This document shows positions 47,906 to 58,908 of a stretch of DNA of 64,000 nt, one piece after another. This DNA is from Candidatus Margulisiibacteriota bacterium. Its GTDB lineage: Bacteria > Margulisbacteria > WOR-1 > O2-12-FULL-45-9 > XYB2-FULL-48-7. Position 1 is the stretch's first letter; the number at the start of each line of letters is the position of its first letter. Position numbers and translations under genes: made by a program. The notes below the pieces were generated by a model that was given only the letters and a program-made list of their open reading frames with translations, was not told the origin of the DNA and searched no databases. Location: contig JBAZTH010000001.1 in the NCBI GenBank assembly GCA_041661965.1, positions 226,710 to 290,709 on the forward strand, given 5' to 3'.

Positions 47906-49441
47906 TTGAGGTGTAACCGGTCGATTTTTATTGCGCTTATTTTTTGCCTGCTTATTTTTGGGGTCAGCGCCCAAGTTTCAACGTCGGTCGACCAAAAAGT
48001 TTATCTCCCGGGCGATTTTGTCCATGTGATTGTCGACGCGCCGGTCGATACGACCCAGATTTCAGCCGTTATGCCCGATGGGACCATCGTCAATCTGATC
48101 CAGGGACGGCGGGCCAATCTTTGGCGCGGCATTTGGCAGGTCCCGGTCGATTTCGGGAAGGGGACTTACCGGGCAAAATTAAGCGCCGTCGATGTCAGGG
48201 GGAATATTTTTGACGGCGAAACCAATCCCTTCGCCATCGGAGAATTAGCGGTAATTGCCATCACCAGAAGAGTGACCCCGGAGATCGTTGAAAGACCGCC
48301 GCTGCGTGAAAAGATCGAGGTCAAAACCCAGCCGGCCGCCAAACAGCCCGGCGTGGAAGAGATCGTCAGTCGAATATTGAAGGTTATCCCGATTGTCTCC
48401 GCCGAGCCGGCCCCCTCGCTGGAAAAAGAACAAAAAAAACAATTGATCGCAAAGAACCTGGGAACAGGCCGAGAATTGTTCGATCAGGGAAAATATCTTG
48501 AAGCCTCGGCGTATTTTAAGATCGTTCTTTATCTTGATCCCAAAAACGGCGAAGCGAACTTATATTTATTGCAAACAAAAGAATTCATGAAAACGCAGCA
48601 AACCGGCGCCGCCAGATTTTATATTTTGCTGGCTGTTATCGTTTCGATCGGCGGCGCGCTGATCGCTGCTATTGTTTACTATTTCGGGCGCATGTTGTGG
48701 TGCCGTTTTCCCCGTTGGGCCGCCAAGCCGGCCGCGCCGGCCGCGGTTTCGGATCAAGAAACGATCCCTCTTTCGTTCGGCAAGCTCGGCTGGACAAAAA
48801 ATCCGTTTACGCCCGGCGCTTCCAGTCAAATGTTTAATGAAAACAATGCCCTGGCCAGGCCGGGGTTGATTGGGTTTATCAAGGCTCGAATTGAAGAAGC
48901 CGGAGGAAAAGGGCTTACTCCTTTTACCGATTCGGCGTTGGATAAGATATTTGAGCTCTCCAAAGGAAGGCCGAAAGAAGCGTTGAAGATTTGCGAATGG
49001 ACGGTTGACCTGGCGATCCGGCGGAATAGCGGGCAGGTCACGGCCGAATCGGTCAAAGAATATGAAAAGATCGGCTTGAAAAGGATCTTGATCGCCGATG
49101 ACGATGAGATAGTGCGGATCAGCCTTGACGCGATTTTGAGATCGGGCGGCGGTTATGAGACCGACTTTGCCGTTGACGGCGAAGAAGCCGTAAAAAAGAT
49201 AAAAAGCAGCCTTTACGGACTGGTTTTGCTGGATATCGACATGCCGAAAATGAACGGCTATGAAGTCTTGGAGCAGATCAGGCCAATATTGCCGACCTTG
49301 CCGGTCATTTTTGTTACGGGCAAAGGGACCCCGGCCCGAACGCTGGAAAGCCTTACAAAACAAAACCTGACCGGCTATATTGAAAAGCCTTTTACCCCGG
49401 AAAAAATACTCGATATTATTGCCAGGAATTTAAAAACCTAA
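47906..49441 (+). CDS. Single-pass membrane protein: periplasmic domain with TPR-like segment, cytoplasmic GspA/ExeA-like helical module, C-terminal receiver domain
   Basis: Signal peptide, TM helix at about residues 240-262, REC domain with DDDE...D...K signature. The REC domain is ~55% identical by eye to the stand-alone regulator at 52479-52847. Confidence 0.55.
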   Translation: MRCNRSIFIALIFCLLIFGVSAQVSTSVDQKVYLPGDFVHVIVDAPVDTTQISAVMPDGTIVNLIQGRRANLWRGIWQVPVDFGKGTYRAKLSAVDVRGNIFDGETNPFAIGELAVIAITRRVTPEIVERPPLREKIEVKTQPAAKQPGVEEIVSRILKVIPIVSAEPAPSLEKEQKKQLIAKNLGTGRELFDQGKYLEASAYFKIVLYLDPKNGEANLYLLQTKEFMKTQQTGAARFYILLAVIVSIGGALIAAIVYYFGRMLWCRFPRWAAKPAAPAAVSDQETIPLSFGKLGWTKNPFTPGASSQMFNENNALARPGLIGFIKARIEEAGGKGLTPFTDSALDKIFELSKGRPKEALKICEWTVDLAIRRNSGQVTAESVKEYEKIGLKRILIADDDEIVRISLDAILRSGGGYETDFAVDGEEAVKKIKSSLYGLVLLDIDMPKMNGYEVLEQIRPILPTLPVIFVTGKGTPARTLESLTKQNLTGYIEKPFTPEKILDIIARNLKT

Positions 49442-49508
49442 AAGTGTTTTTTCAGCCTTTGCCGGTTTCGTTGATTTGTCGCCGCGGACGAATCAAGGGG
49501 AGGACGAA

Positions 49509-49943
49509 ATGAGAAAAAAAATTATTATTTTATTGGTTTTGGCGATTACCGGCCAGGCTTCCTGGGCGATACATACCGCGGTCCTGGGCGGGGTGCGCGG
49601 CGGCGCGGCCTTTGGCCTGCAGCTGGAAGAAAATTTAACGAGGAACTTAAAATACCGCCTGGGGCTTGAGGCGACTACCGGCAATAATCCGCTGATCTTT
49701 TTTGGCGGCGGTAAAATCGGCCTGACCGAGATCGACCGTATGCCGCTTTCTCTAAGTTTGGGCTTGGTGGCCTATGCCGGGCAAAATTCCAGCCTGGGAG
49801 CGGCCGTTGCGCTTGTGCTGGATAGGGTTTTCTCGGTTGATCCTTTATTTATTGAAGTCGGGAGCGATGTTGGGGGGGAGGCCAGGTTGGTGGCTCAAAT
49901 CGGCTACCGGATCCTGACGCCGCGTACCGAGAGCCTTCATTAA
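49509..49943 (+). CDS. Small secreted beta-rich protein (putative small OMP); paralog of 29837..30253
   Basis: Start at [10 protein letters not shown]. Shares [16 protein letters not shown] and QIGYRIL blocks with its paralog. Lies directly upstream of copA. Confidence 0.4.
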   Translation: MRKKIIILLVLAITGQASWAIHTAVLGGVRGGAAFGLQLEENLTRNLKYRLGLEATTGNNPLIFFGGGKIGLTEIDRMPLSLSLGLVAYAGQNSSLGAAVALVLDRVFSVDPLFIEVGSDVGGEARLVAQIGYRILTPRTESLH

Positions 49944-49968
49944 CCACCAGACTATTTTAACAACAGGG

Positions 49969-52437
49969 GTGAAAGCAATGGAAAAGATCAGTTTCTCTAT
50001 CTCCGGGATGACGTGTGCGTCCTGCGTCAGCGCGATCGAGAACGGATTAAGAAGCTTTAAAGGGGTTGTTTCCGCGAATGTTAACTACGCTTCCGAAAAA
50101 GCCTGGGTGGAATATGATCCGGCGGTAACGGACATCGCGGCGATTGAAAAAGTTATTGCGGCGACCGGTTACTCGGTTATAAAACCAAGCGCGGCGGCGG
50201 CGCCGGCGTCCGCAGGGAAAATCCTCCTGAAAGTGGTTGGGATGGACAATCCGCACTGTGTGGGAACGATTGGCGGGGCGGTGGGCAGTTTGCCGGGTAT
50301 CTTATCAAAAGATTTGCGGGTAAATGAAAAAGCCGTTATTCAGTATGACCCGGCCAAGGTTTCTGTCCAACAGATAAAAGCGGTCATTACGGAGGCCGGC
50401 TATATCCCGATCGAAGAGGCGGACGTTACGGAAGATGTCGAGAAGCAAGCGCGGGAAAAAGAGATCAGAAATGTTTGGACCCGCTTTCTCGGCTCCCTGA
50501 TCTTAAGCCTCCCCTTGTTTTACTACATGCTGATGGTTGCGGGCTTCCCAATGCCGGAATTCTTTATGAAGAACGGTCCCGCGATCGAACTTTTACTGAC
50601 CACCCCGATCATGTTTTTTGGCAGCCTATTTTTCACGCGGGGCATTCTCTCCCTGGTAAAAACCAGGACCGCCAATATGGATACGCTGGTGGCAATCGGC
50701 GTCGGAGCGGCCTATCTCTACAGCTTATATGTCACAGTCGCGATCTGGCTGGGGAATAGCGCTTTCGGCGTCGCCGACCTTTATTACGAAGTGGCCGGCA
50801 TACTGATCACCTTTATTCTGTTGGGCAAATACCTTGAAGCAGTGGCCAAAGGGAGAACTTCCGAAGCGATCAAAAAGTTGATCGGTTTGCAGGCCAAGAC
50901 CGCCCTGGTAATCAGGGCCGGAAAAGAGGTCGAGATCAGGATCGAAGAGGTCCAGGTCGGCGACATAATTGTGGTCAAGCCAGGTGGGAAGATCCCTGTT
51001 GACGGAACGGTGACCGACGGCCATTCGAGTGTCGATGAGTCGATGGTGACGGGAGAAAGCCTCCCGGTCGAAAAAAAGGCCGGCGATAAAGTTGTCGGGG
51101 CGACGATCAACAAAACCGGCTCCTTCAAGTTCAAGGCCGAGAAGATCGGGAAAGACACTTTCCTGGCCCAGGTAATAAAATTTGTCGAAGAAGCACAGGG
51201 GAGCAAGGCTCCGATCGAAGAGCTGGCCGACCGAATTTCCGCTTATTTTGTCCCGACGGTTGTTTTGATCGGCGCGGCTTCTTTTATTGTTTGGCTTTTG
51301 GCGGGGTTGGGGTTTGCCTTTGCCTTGACTACCTTTATTACCGTTCTGATAATCGCCTGTCCCTGCGCTCTTGGCCTGGCCACCCCGACGGCTGTCATGG
51401 TCGCTACCGGTCTGGGTGCGGAGCACGGCATCCTGATAAAAAATGCGGCCGCTCTGCAGAAAGCGGGTGGGTTAAAATGCGTCGTTTTTGACAAAACGGG
51501 AACCTTAACTAAGGGTGAGCCGGAAGTGACGGACACGGTGCTTGCCGGCGGGGGGACCGAAAAGGAGATACTTTTTTACGCCGGTGTTGCTGAAAAGAAG
51601 TCGGAACATCCGTTGGCGGAAGCGATCCTGAAAAAAGCAAAAGAAAAGGGGGTCGAACTCCCCGATCCGCAAAAATTCAGTTCAATCTCCGGCAAAGGGG
51701 TTGAGATAACGCTTAATAACGAGATCATTTTACTCGGCAATCGCAAGCTTTTGACCGATAAGAATATCGCGGTCGCCGACCTTGAGCCTAAAATACAGGA
51801 ACTGGAATCCCAAGGGAAAACAGTAATGATCGTCGCTAAAAACAATTCGGTCGTCGGCCTGATCGCTGTCGCGGATACCCTGAAGGAGCATTCAAAGGCG
51901 GCGGTCAAAGAATTGCGTCGGAGCGGCATTGAGGTCGTGATGATGACCGGCGACAATAAAAGAACGGGTGAAGCGATCGCCAGGCAGGTGGGTATCGATA
52001 GGGTTTTGGCCGAGGTCCTGCCTCAAGATAAAGCGGAGAATATAAAAAAATTGCAGGCCGAAGGCAAGAAGGTGGCAATGGTCGGCGACGGCATTAATGA
52101 CGCTCCCGCGCTCGCGCAGGCCGATATTGGGATCGCTCTTGGATCGGGGACTGATGTCGCCATCGAAACGGGGGAGATCGTGCTGGTGAAAGAAGACCTG
52201 CGCGATGTGGTCATGGCGATTGACTTAAGCGCCTATTCAATGAAAAAGATCAGGCAGAACCTTTTCTGGGCGTTCATTTATAACGTGCTGGGCTTACCCA
52301 TCGCGGCCGGGATCTTGTATCCTTTTACCGGTTTTCTTTTGAATCCGATAATCGCCGGCGCGGCCATGGCCTTCAGCTCGGTTTCAGTGGTGACAAACTC
52401 GCTTTTGATGCGGCGGTTTAAACCGAGGATCAATTAA
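49969..52437 (+). CDS. copA: Copper-translocating P1B-type ATPase with two N-terminal HMA domains
   Basis: GMTCASC in HMA1, degenerate HMA2 (GMDNPHC), CPC transmembrane motif, DKTGT phosphorylation site, GDGINDAP hinge. Confidence 0.9.
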   Translation: MKAMEKISFSISGMTCASCVSAIENGLRSFKGVVSANVNYASEKAWVEYDPAVTDIAAIEKVIAATGYSVIKPSAAAAPASAGKILLKVVGMDNPHCVGTIGGAVGSLPGILSKDLRVNEKAVIQYDPAKVSVQQIKAVITEAGYIPIEEADVTEDVEKQAREKEIRNVWTRFLGSLILSLPLFYYMLMVAGFPMPEFFMKNGPAIELLLTTPIMFFGSLFFTRGILSLVKTRTANMDTLVAIGVGAAYLYSLYVTVAIWLGNSAFGVADLYYEVAGILITFILLGKYLEAVAKGRTSEAIKKLIGLQAKTALVIRAGKEVEIRIEEVQVGDIIVVKPGGKIPVDGTVTDGHSSVDESMVTGESLPVEKKAGDKVVGATINKTGSFKFKAEKIGKDTFLAQVIKFVEEAQGSKAPIEELADRISAYFVPTVVLIGAASFIVWLLAGLGFAFALTTFITVLIIACPCALGLATPTAVMVATGLGAEHGILIKNAAALQKAGGLKCVVFDKTGTLTKGEPEVTDTVLAGGGTEKEILFYAGVAEKKSEHPLAEAILKKAKEKGVELPDPQKFSSISGKGVEITLNNEIILLGNRKLLTDKNIAVADLEPKIQELESQGKTVMIVAKNNSVVGLIAVADTLKEHSKAAVKELRRSGIEVVMMTGDNKRTGEAIARQVGIDRVLAEVLPQDKAENIKKLQAEGKKVAMVGDGINDAPALAQADIGIALGSGTDVAIETGEIVLVKEDLRDVVMAIDLSAYSMKKIRQNLFWAFIYNVLGLPIAAGILYPFTGFLLNPIIAGAAMAFSSVSVVTNSLLMRRFKPRIN

Positions 52438-52478
52438 AAGAAGCTGCGCAAACCAAGTTGATCGGTCAGACTTAGCAA

Positions 52479-52847
52479 TTACCCCTTTTTTCTGGTTGCT
52501 TTAATGACCACATCCAGCACCTCGTTCGGAGTAAAAGGCTTTTCGATAAAACCGCTCAACCCGTTTTTGGCGATCGACGCGACGACCTTCTTAACGTCGG
52601 CTTTGCCGGTAATAAAGATTACCGGCAGGTCGGGATGGATCACTCTGGCTTGGGCCAGCACGTCGTAGCCGCTGATCTTGGGCATCTCGAGATCGAGCAG
52701 GACGGCGTCGTAAAAGGCGGTTTTAATTTTATTGACGGCTTCTTCCCCGTCATAAGCGAAATCGGCCTCGAAACCACCGGCTTTTTTCAGGATTTCCTCA
52801 AGCGATGTCCTCACGATCTCCTCGTCGTCGGCAATTAATATTTTCAT
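52479..52847 (-). CDS. Stand-alone response regulator receiver protein
   Basis: MKILIADDEE...D...K REC signature with no output domain. GAGGTGG SD. Start placed at 52847. Confidence 0.8.
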   Translation of the reverse strand: MKILIADDEEIVRTSLEEILKKAGGFEADFAYDGEEAVNKIKTAFYDAVLLDLEMPKISGYDVLAQARVIHPDLPVIFITGKADVKKVVASIAKNGLSGFIEKPFTPNEVLDVVIKATRKKG

Positions 52848-52884
52848 AAGCCACCTCTTTATCCAATATTTTATATGTTTATTG

Positions 52885-53553
52885 CTATTGAGGCAAGCCC
52901 TGCCTGCCGGCAGGCAGGGAGAAATAGAATCGGGCGCCTTCGACGCCGATCCGGCCGCCCTGTGCCCCCAGGGCAAGTTTGCAAAAATAGAGGCCCAGGC
53001 CGGCGCTGGTTTTTAATTTTAATTCCGGATGTTCGGCCCGAAAGTCCTTGTCAAATACTTTTGACGCGTAGGCCTGCGGGATGCCGTCGCCGGCGGTCGT
53101 TATTTCGAACAGCGCGCCGTCCTTTTCTTTTTTAATGTTAAACGATACCTGTCCTCCGCGATCGACTTGCTTGACGGCGTTTAGCAGCAGGTCCTCTATT
53201 GCCATCAAGGTGAGCTCTTTGTCGGCCCTCACGGTCAGATTGTTATCGATAGCGACGGCAATTGTCTTGTCCTCTTTTCCCGCCAGTTGCCGGATCCAGA
53301 CCAGTTCTTTCTCGAATTCCCGGGCCGGGAATGAAGTTTTGTTAATGATAAGCTCGCCCTGCTCCGCGTTGTTAATAGAGCTTAGTTCCATCAGGAGCAG
53401 GGCGAGCTTTCTTGCGCTGAAATCGATATTGATCAGATATTTTTGCTGTTCCTCGCTGATTGGCCCGAGCGTGCCGTCCAGGAACAGTCCGATCGAGCCG
53501 GTGATGCCGGAGAGAGGATTTTTAAGGTCGTGCAGGATCAGATCGTCAAGCAT
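52885..53553 (-). CDS. Cytoplasmic histidine kinase (HisKA plus HATPase_c only)
   Basis: H-box HDLKNPLSGI, then N, G1 and G2 boxes. No sensor domain. Paralog of 58080-58907. Confidence 0.8.
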   Translation of the reverse strand: MLDDLILHDLKNPLSGITGSIGLFLDGTLGPISEEQQKYLINIDFSARKLALLLMELSSINNAEQGELIINKTSFPAREFEKELVWIRQLAGKEDKTIAVAIDNNLTVRADKELTLMAIEDLLLNAVKQVDRGGQVSFNIKKEKDGALFEITTAGDGIPQAYASKVFDKDFRAEHPELKLKTSAGLGLYFCKLALGAQGGRIGVEGARFYFSLPAGRQGLPQ

Positions 53554-53923
53554 TTTTTTTCTCTAGGGCGGCCTTGATCTTGGCCATCATGACGGTAGGC
53601 TCGAACGGCTTCAGGATATAATCGGCGGCGCCGGCCGCTTTGATCTTGGCCAGGGTCTGGGGCAGGGTGCTGGCGGTGAGAATGATCACCGGAATGAGGG
53701 CGGTTCCCTCCGAACTTTTCAATTCCTTGATGACCTGGTAGCCGTCTTTTTTTGGCATCCAGATGTCAAGGATGATCAGGTCGGGATGTCCGGCGCGGGC
53801 TTTCTGCAGGCCCTCTTCGCCGTCGTAGGCCGACTCCACCTCGTAGCCGCCGGCTTTGGCCAGCCGGAAGGCGAGCATTTCGACAAATTCTGTTTCGTCG
53901 TCAACGAGCAGTATTTTAGCCAT
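53546..53923 (-). CDS. Stand-alone response regulator receiver protein
   Basis: MAKILLVDDE REC signature. Start placed at 53923. Confidence 0.8.
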   Translation of the reverse strand: MAKILLVDDETEFVEMLAFRLAKAGGYEVESAYDGEEGLQKARAGHPDLIILDIWMPKKDGYQVIKELKSSEGTALIPVIILTASTLPQTLAKIKAAGAADYILKPFEPTVMMAKIKAALEKKNA

Positions 53924-53936
53924 TTTGCCTCTCCTT

Positions 53937-56734
53937 TTAAGCGGGATTTTTCGGGAGCGTGAAAGTGAATTTTGACCCGACGTTCTCCTGCGATTCGACC
54001 TGGATCCGCCCGCCATGGAGCTCGATCAGCGACTTGACGATCGCCAGTCCCAGGCCGTCCCTTTCTCCCCGCCGCCCGCGACCCGGCCGAATTGCGTGAA
54101 TTTTTCAAATAATTTGGGCAGATTGGCAGCGGCAATGCCCCGGCCGGTATCGGCGACGCTACATCCGACCTCCTTGTCGTTTTCCTCGCAGGATATTTCG
54201 ATCCGGCCTTTGTCCGTGAATTTCAACGCGTTGCCGATCAGGTTGGTCAAGACTTCGGTGATCTCGTCGCGGTCGGCGTTCAAGATGACCGGAGCGGCGG
54301 GCAGCCGTTCGATCAGTTCCAGCCCTTTCTTCTCCGCCTGCGGACGGAAAGCCGCTAAGGTCTCCCTCATCAGTTGTGCAATATCAAGCGGCTCCTTTTT
54401 GGCTTCCATCCGGCCCGATTCCAGGCGGGAAATATCGAGCAGATCGTTGACGATACGGGCCAGGCGGTCAATGCTCCGAAGGGTCGTCGATAGAAATCTG
54501 GTTTGCCCTTCATTGATCGGCCCATGAATTCCCTCCAGCACTTGCGCCACTCCTTCGTGGATGATCGCCATCGGGGTGCGTAGTTCGTGTGAAACGGTAT
54601 TGACGAAATCGTCTCTGATGTTGACCAGCCGCTTGAAATCGGTGATGTCGACAACGGCGCCGATGCAGCGGACGGCCTTGCCCTGTTTATCAGACTGCAG
54701 TTCGGCTTTCTCCCGGACCCATTTGACCCGGCCATCGACAATGATCCGGTGTTCTATGTCATATTGCTTGCTGACCAGCGCGGCTTGCCAGGCACTGATT
54801 ACGGCGGCCCTGTCGTCAGGATGAACAAAACCGACGAATTTATCGTAACTTACCGGCGCGCCGGCCGGAACGTTAAAAATCTTATAAGTTTCATCGGTCC
54901 AGGTCAGAATGTCGTTTGTGATATCGAAGTCCCAGCTCCCGACCAGGGCCAGTTCCTGCGATTTTTGAAGGCGGTAGCTCTCGATTGCCAGTTTTTCTTC
55001 AGCCTGTTTGCGCTGGGTTATATCGTCGTAAACGGCGACGACCTCGCCGGTCGGCAATTTATAGATATAATTTTCCCGCCAGCCGCTGATCCGCTGATCT
55101 TGATAAAGACCGATCGGGAAATGTTCCGGCTGTCCCGTCCGCCAGACCCGCAGCAGGATATCGAACAAACCGAATGACTTGACTCCCGGGAAGACTTCCA
55201 GCACGCCCCGGCCGACCACCGCTTGCCTGTTAACTTTTTCGATCTGCTCTGCCGCCCGGTTAATGTCCGAAATGATAAAATCTTCGCTGCCGTTTTGTCG
55301 GTAGAGATAAATGACGACGCCGCTGCTCATATTGTCAAAAAGCGACTGGAATTTTACGGCGCTGTCTTTAACGATGCGCTCCAAGGCTTTTTTATAAGTG
55401 ATATCGTTGACCGTTATAATGACGCCCTGGGGTTTTTCAGTGGCGTTTTTGGTAAGGGCCGCGTTGATCGAACCGACAAATTGACTGCCGTCCCGGCGCA
55501 GCAGCGAGTATTCGAGTTCCTTGATCAGGCCGGTCTCCACCGTTTGCTGAAAACTCTTGCGCGCGGCGTTCCGTTGCTCCGGCGTGACCAACTCGAAAAT
55601 GTTTCGGCCGATCATCTCTTCAAGATTTTTTATTCCGTTCATTTTAAGCGCTTCAGCGGATGCGTAGGTGATCTTGCCTTCGAGATCGGCCGCGACAACA
55701 GCGTCGGGGGAAGCGCTGACCAGCCGTTCGAAATTTTCCTTACTTTCTATCAATTCTATCTCGCCCTGGCGCCTGATGATCAAATAAAACCCGAAGCCGA
55801 GCAGTCCCAAGCTTAACAGCCCGATCGCGGCGGCGCGCAGCCCGATCCAAAGCATGGGCGAATAAATTTCCCGGGCGTCGACTTTTGAAATAATGAACCA
55901 GCTTGTGCCGGGAATAGGACGGCCGACCGCCAGGACCGGCACGCCCCGGTAATCGATACCGGTCAGCAGGCGGCTGACGCCTCTGACGGCCATGGCAGCG
56001 GGCAGATATTTCGTGCCGACCGGGAAATGAAGATTGAGAGCGGCGTCCTTTTTGTGGCGAAGTTCGTTCAAAAACACGACCTCGCCGCTTTGTTGCCTGA
56101 CGAGCAGGGTTTCGGCGGAATCGCTCGGCACCGGCCAGATCTGGATCAGGGGAAAGAGGAAAAGCTCGGGATCGATGCGCAGGATCAACACCCCGGCTGC
56201 GTCCCCGTCGTTCATGATCGGCACGCCAATATCCAGCTTGATCCTGCCGTTAGCGCCCCGATGAAAGTCGCAGAGCGTCGATTGTTTTGACCGCAATGTA
56301 TCCAAAATCAATTTTTGTTCATCAACGATATTGATCGGACTATTTTTGTTCTCCGACAGCAGGACAAGGCCGGCCCGGTTGACCAGGCACAGGTTCTCGT
56401 ATTTATGGTGTTTCTTCAATATCCTCATCCAGGTCAAGACTTCCTGCTTTAATTCAGCTGAGCGGCCGCCCTCGAGCCACAACAAAAACGGTTTCGTGAC
56501 TAAGGGAATTTCATTAATGAACGCGGCGTCTTCCATTTGTTTCTGATGCCAATTCTCGATCTGATCGACTTTCAGGTTGGTTATGGCGGTCAGGTTATTG
56601 CGGGCCAATATCTTTAATTGGTCGCGCTGGTTATTAAAATAAGTAAGTCCGATCAGGCAAACTGCCAGCAGGGTAAGCACGACAAAAATGAAAAACCAAA
56701 GGCCGCCGGCGATCCCGGACTTTGACCGCGTCAT
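53937..56734 (-). pseudogene. Multi-PAS sensor histidine kinase with a 1-nt frameshift in the G2 box
   Basis: N-terminal TM plus periplasmic sensor region, second TM, three PAS-like repeats, HisKA (VSHELRTPMA), then N/G1/F boxes. The track ORF ends at 54026 as ...[16 protein letters not shown]. Shifting one nt near 54051-54061 (ACGGCC where ACGGGCC is expected) restores [41 protein letters not shown] with a stop at 53937. Confidence 0.7.
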
Positions 56735-58083
56735 TGGTTTATTTTCCCTCCCCGGCGCTCCAGTTCGATTAGGAGCGAATCGATCTCTTTTTCCTGATCG
56801 ATCATTTTAAGTTCCCGGCCGATCGCCGCCTCTTTGAAGAGTTCCAGTTCTCCGAGCTTTTTCTTCAGATCGGCTTCCGTTTGCCGCTGGGCGGAAATAT
56901 CGGTAATGACGCCGAGGATGGCGCGGTCATTCTCGTAATCGATCAGTTTTGTCGAGATGATAGCGGCGAACTTTTCGCCGTTTTTCTTGACCAGCTCGCA
57001 TTCATAAGGTTCGACGTCTTCGCCCTGGAGATGCTTTTTGAGCGCCGCTTCGAACACGGACAGCGAAGTCGGGGCGGTTAGCGAACGGAAATCGAAATCC
57101 GGCGAAAGGAGCTCTCCCGGAGAATAGCCGGTGACCTCCGAACAGCATTGATTGGCGTAAACGATCTTGCCCCGATAGTTGATAAAGATCATGTTCGGCG
57201 ACTGTTCGGAGAGGGTCCGGAACCTGGCCTCGGACTTTTGTCGGTCCTGGTGGAACCTGGTTTCCGATTCAATGGCCAAAGCCTGGGTCCGGTCAAGCTC
57301 GGAACCGATCAGCCGGGAAATATAAGTTACGCCGGCGGCCAGCACGGCTATGATCAATAAGGCCAGAATAAATGAATTGAGCGCGAAATTGATCGTCCCG
57401 AAAGGGAGACGCGTATAAAGGTAACCTTGCAGAATGACGGTGAAAAAAAGGATCGGCGCGAACCAGCGCAGGACGAGAGGCCGCGCGCCGGTGCCGGCCA
57501 GATAGCTTAGGGGGAAATCGGCCGGACCGATCGCCAGGATCGCGGCTGATGCGAGACAGATCAAAGCCAGCGCGGTGTTAAGGGCCATCGGAATAGAGGC
57601 CCCTCCGTAAAAGAAGGGGAGGCCGTACAGGTAACCGGTCAGGACGGCGGCGTTGATCAGGAAGCCCGAAACAAACAGCACCCCTTCGGCCCGGCGATTT
57701 TTTCTTTTCAGGCCGAACAAGAAAAGCCCGAGGCCGAGCAGGATGAAATTTAGTTCGGTCAGCGGCGCCAGCCGGCCGACGGGAGCGGCGCCCAGCATTT
57801 CCGGACTGGACACCAGAAACCGTTCCAGGTCGAATAGCCGGTTCAGCGCCAAAAAAAGCAGGACCGCGGTCGAGGCTGATATTTTGACGGCCGCCCCGAT
57901 CTTGGTCCGCTCGAATAGCAAAGCCGCGGAAAAAATGATAAGTATGACCGCTGTGGACGGTGCCATCGGGATGTAGGCGGAATCAAAGCGCGCGAGTATC
58001 TGAAAGCCGGAGAGCCAGCCGAAGAGCGCCAGAACGGCCAGGGCCATTGCCGCCAGAGAAAGCGGCGCCACCAATCTGTTCAA
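56731..58083 (-). CDS. Membrane sensor protein: ~8 TM helices plus cytoplasmic PAS domain and coiled coil, no kinase domain
   Basis: Hydrophobic N-terminal half, PAS after residue ~270, C-terminal coiled coil. Overlaps flanking genes as in an operon. Confidence 0.55.
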   Translation of the reverse strand: MNRLVAPLSLAAMALAVLALFGWLSGFQILARFDSAYIPMAPSTAVILIIFSAALLFERTKIGAAVKISASTAVLLFLALNRLFDLERFLVSSPEMLGAAPVGRLAPLTELNFILLGLGLFLFGLKRKNRRAEGVLFVSGFLINAAVLTGYLYGLPFFYGGASIPMALNTALALICLASAAILAIGPADFPLSYLAGTGARPLVLRWFAPILFFTVILQGYLYTRLPFGTINFALNSFILALLIIAVLAAGVTYISRLIGSELDRTQALAIESETRFHQDRQKSEARFRTLSEQSPNMIFINYRGKIVYANQCCSEVTGYSPGELLSPDFDFRSLTAPTSLSVFEAALKKHLQGEDVEPYECELVKKNGEKFAAIISTKLIDYENDRAILGVITDISAQRQTEADLKKKLGELELFKEAAIGRELKMIDQEKEIDSLLIELERRGGKINQ

Positions 58084-58907
58084 GTGTTTTCTCCTTTGGT
58101 CGGCAGCGTGAAGTAAAATTTCGATCCCTTGCCGACCGCACTCTCGACTCCAATTTTTCCCCCGTGGGCCTCGACCGCCATTTTGCAGAAATAGAGCCCG
58201 AGTCCGGTATCGATTTTGGTCTTTAAATTTTGGGTTTCAACTTTGAAAAAGCGGTTAAAGAGCTTGTTCAGATATTCTTGGGGGATGCCTTCGCCGGTAT
58301 CGGAGGCTTCAAACAAAATTTCGTTGTGTAATGTGTCATGTGTTATGCGTAACGCGATCCGGCCGCCGGCGGGGGTGTGTTTTACGGCATTTGAAACAAG
58401 GTTTTCGATCACCCGGACCAGTAGCCTCCGGTCGGCGGAGATAGCCAATCCTTTATCAATCTGCAAAGTGAACGACTTTTTTCCCTGATCGGCCAGCAGT
58501 TCCAGCCAGGCGAGCTCTTGGGCAAGCTCATCAAGCTTGAATGAAGACCGATTCAAGGTCATTTTGTCCTCTTCCATCTTCCGGGTTTCCAGCAGATCCA
58601 TGATCAGGTTAAGCAGCTGTTTAGATCCGGTCCGTGATAGCTCCAGGGATTTCTTTTGGTCGCCGGTCAGCGGGCCGAGCAGCCCGGCCAGCATCAGCTC
58701 GGTCGAAGAAACAATGCCGGTCAGCGGATTCTTCAGGTCGTGGACGATCAGGTTGGTCAGATCGTCGCGCAGCTTTTCCAGGTTGACTATCCGCTCGCGG
58801 TTTTTTTCGATCTGGGCCATGGTTTGGGAGAGGAGCGATTCTTTGGTGCGGGCGAGGTGTTTAAGCTGAAAGTTCTCTAAATTACGTTCGATCAGCTCTT
58901 TATCCAT
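58080..58907 (-). CDS. Cytoplasmic histidine kinase with N-terminal coiled coil
   Basis: H-box HDLKNPLTGI plus N, G1 and G2 boxes. Paralog of 52885-53553. Confidence 0.8.
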   Translation of the reverse strand: MDKELIERNLENFQLKHLARTKESLLSQTMAQIEKNRERIVNLEKLRDDLTNLIVHDLKNPLTGIVSSTELMLAGLLGPLTGDQKKSLELSRTGSKQLLNLIMDLLETRKMEEDKMTLNRSSFKLDELAQELAWLELLADQGKKSFTLQIDKGLAISADRRLLVRVIENLVSNAVKHTPAGGRIALRITHDTLHNEILFEASDTGEGIPQEYLNKLFNRFFKVETQNLKTKIDTGLGLYFCKMAVEAHGGKIGVESAVGKGSKFYFTLPTKGENT

Positions 58908-58908
58908 T

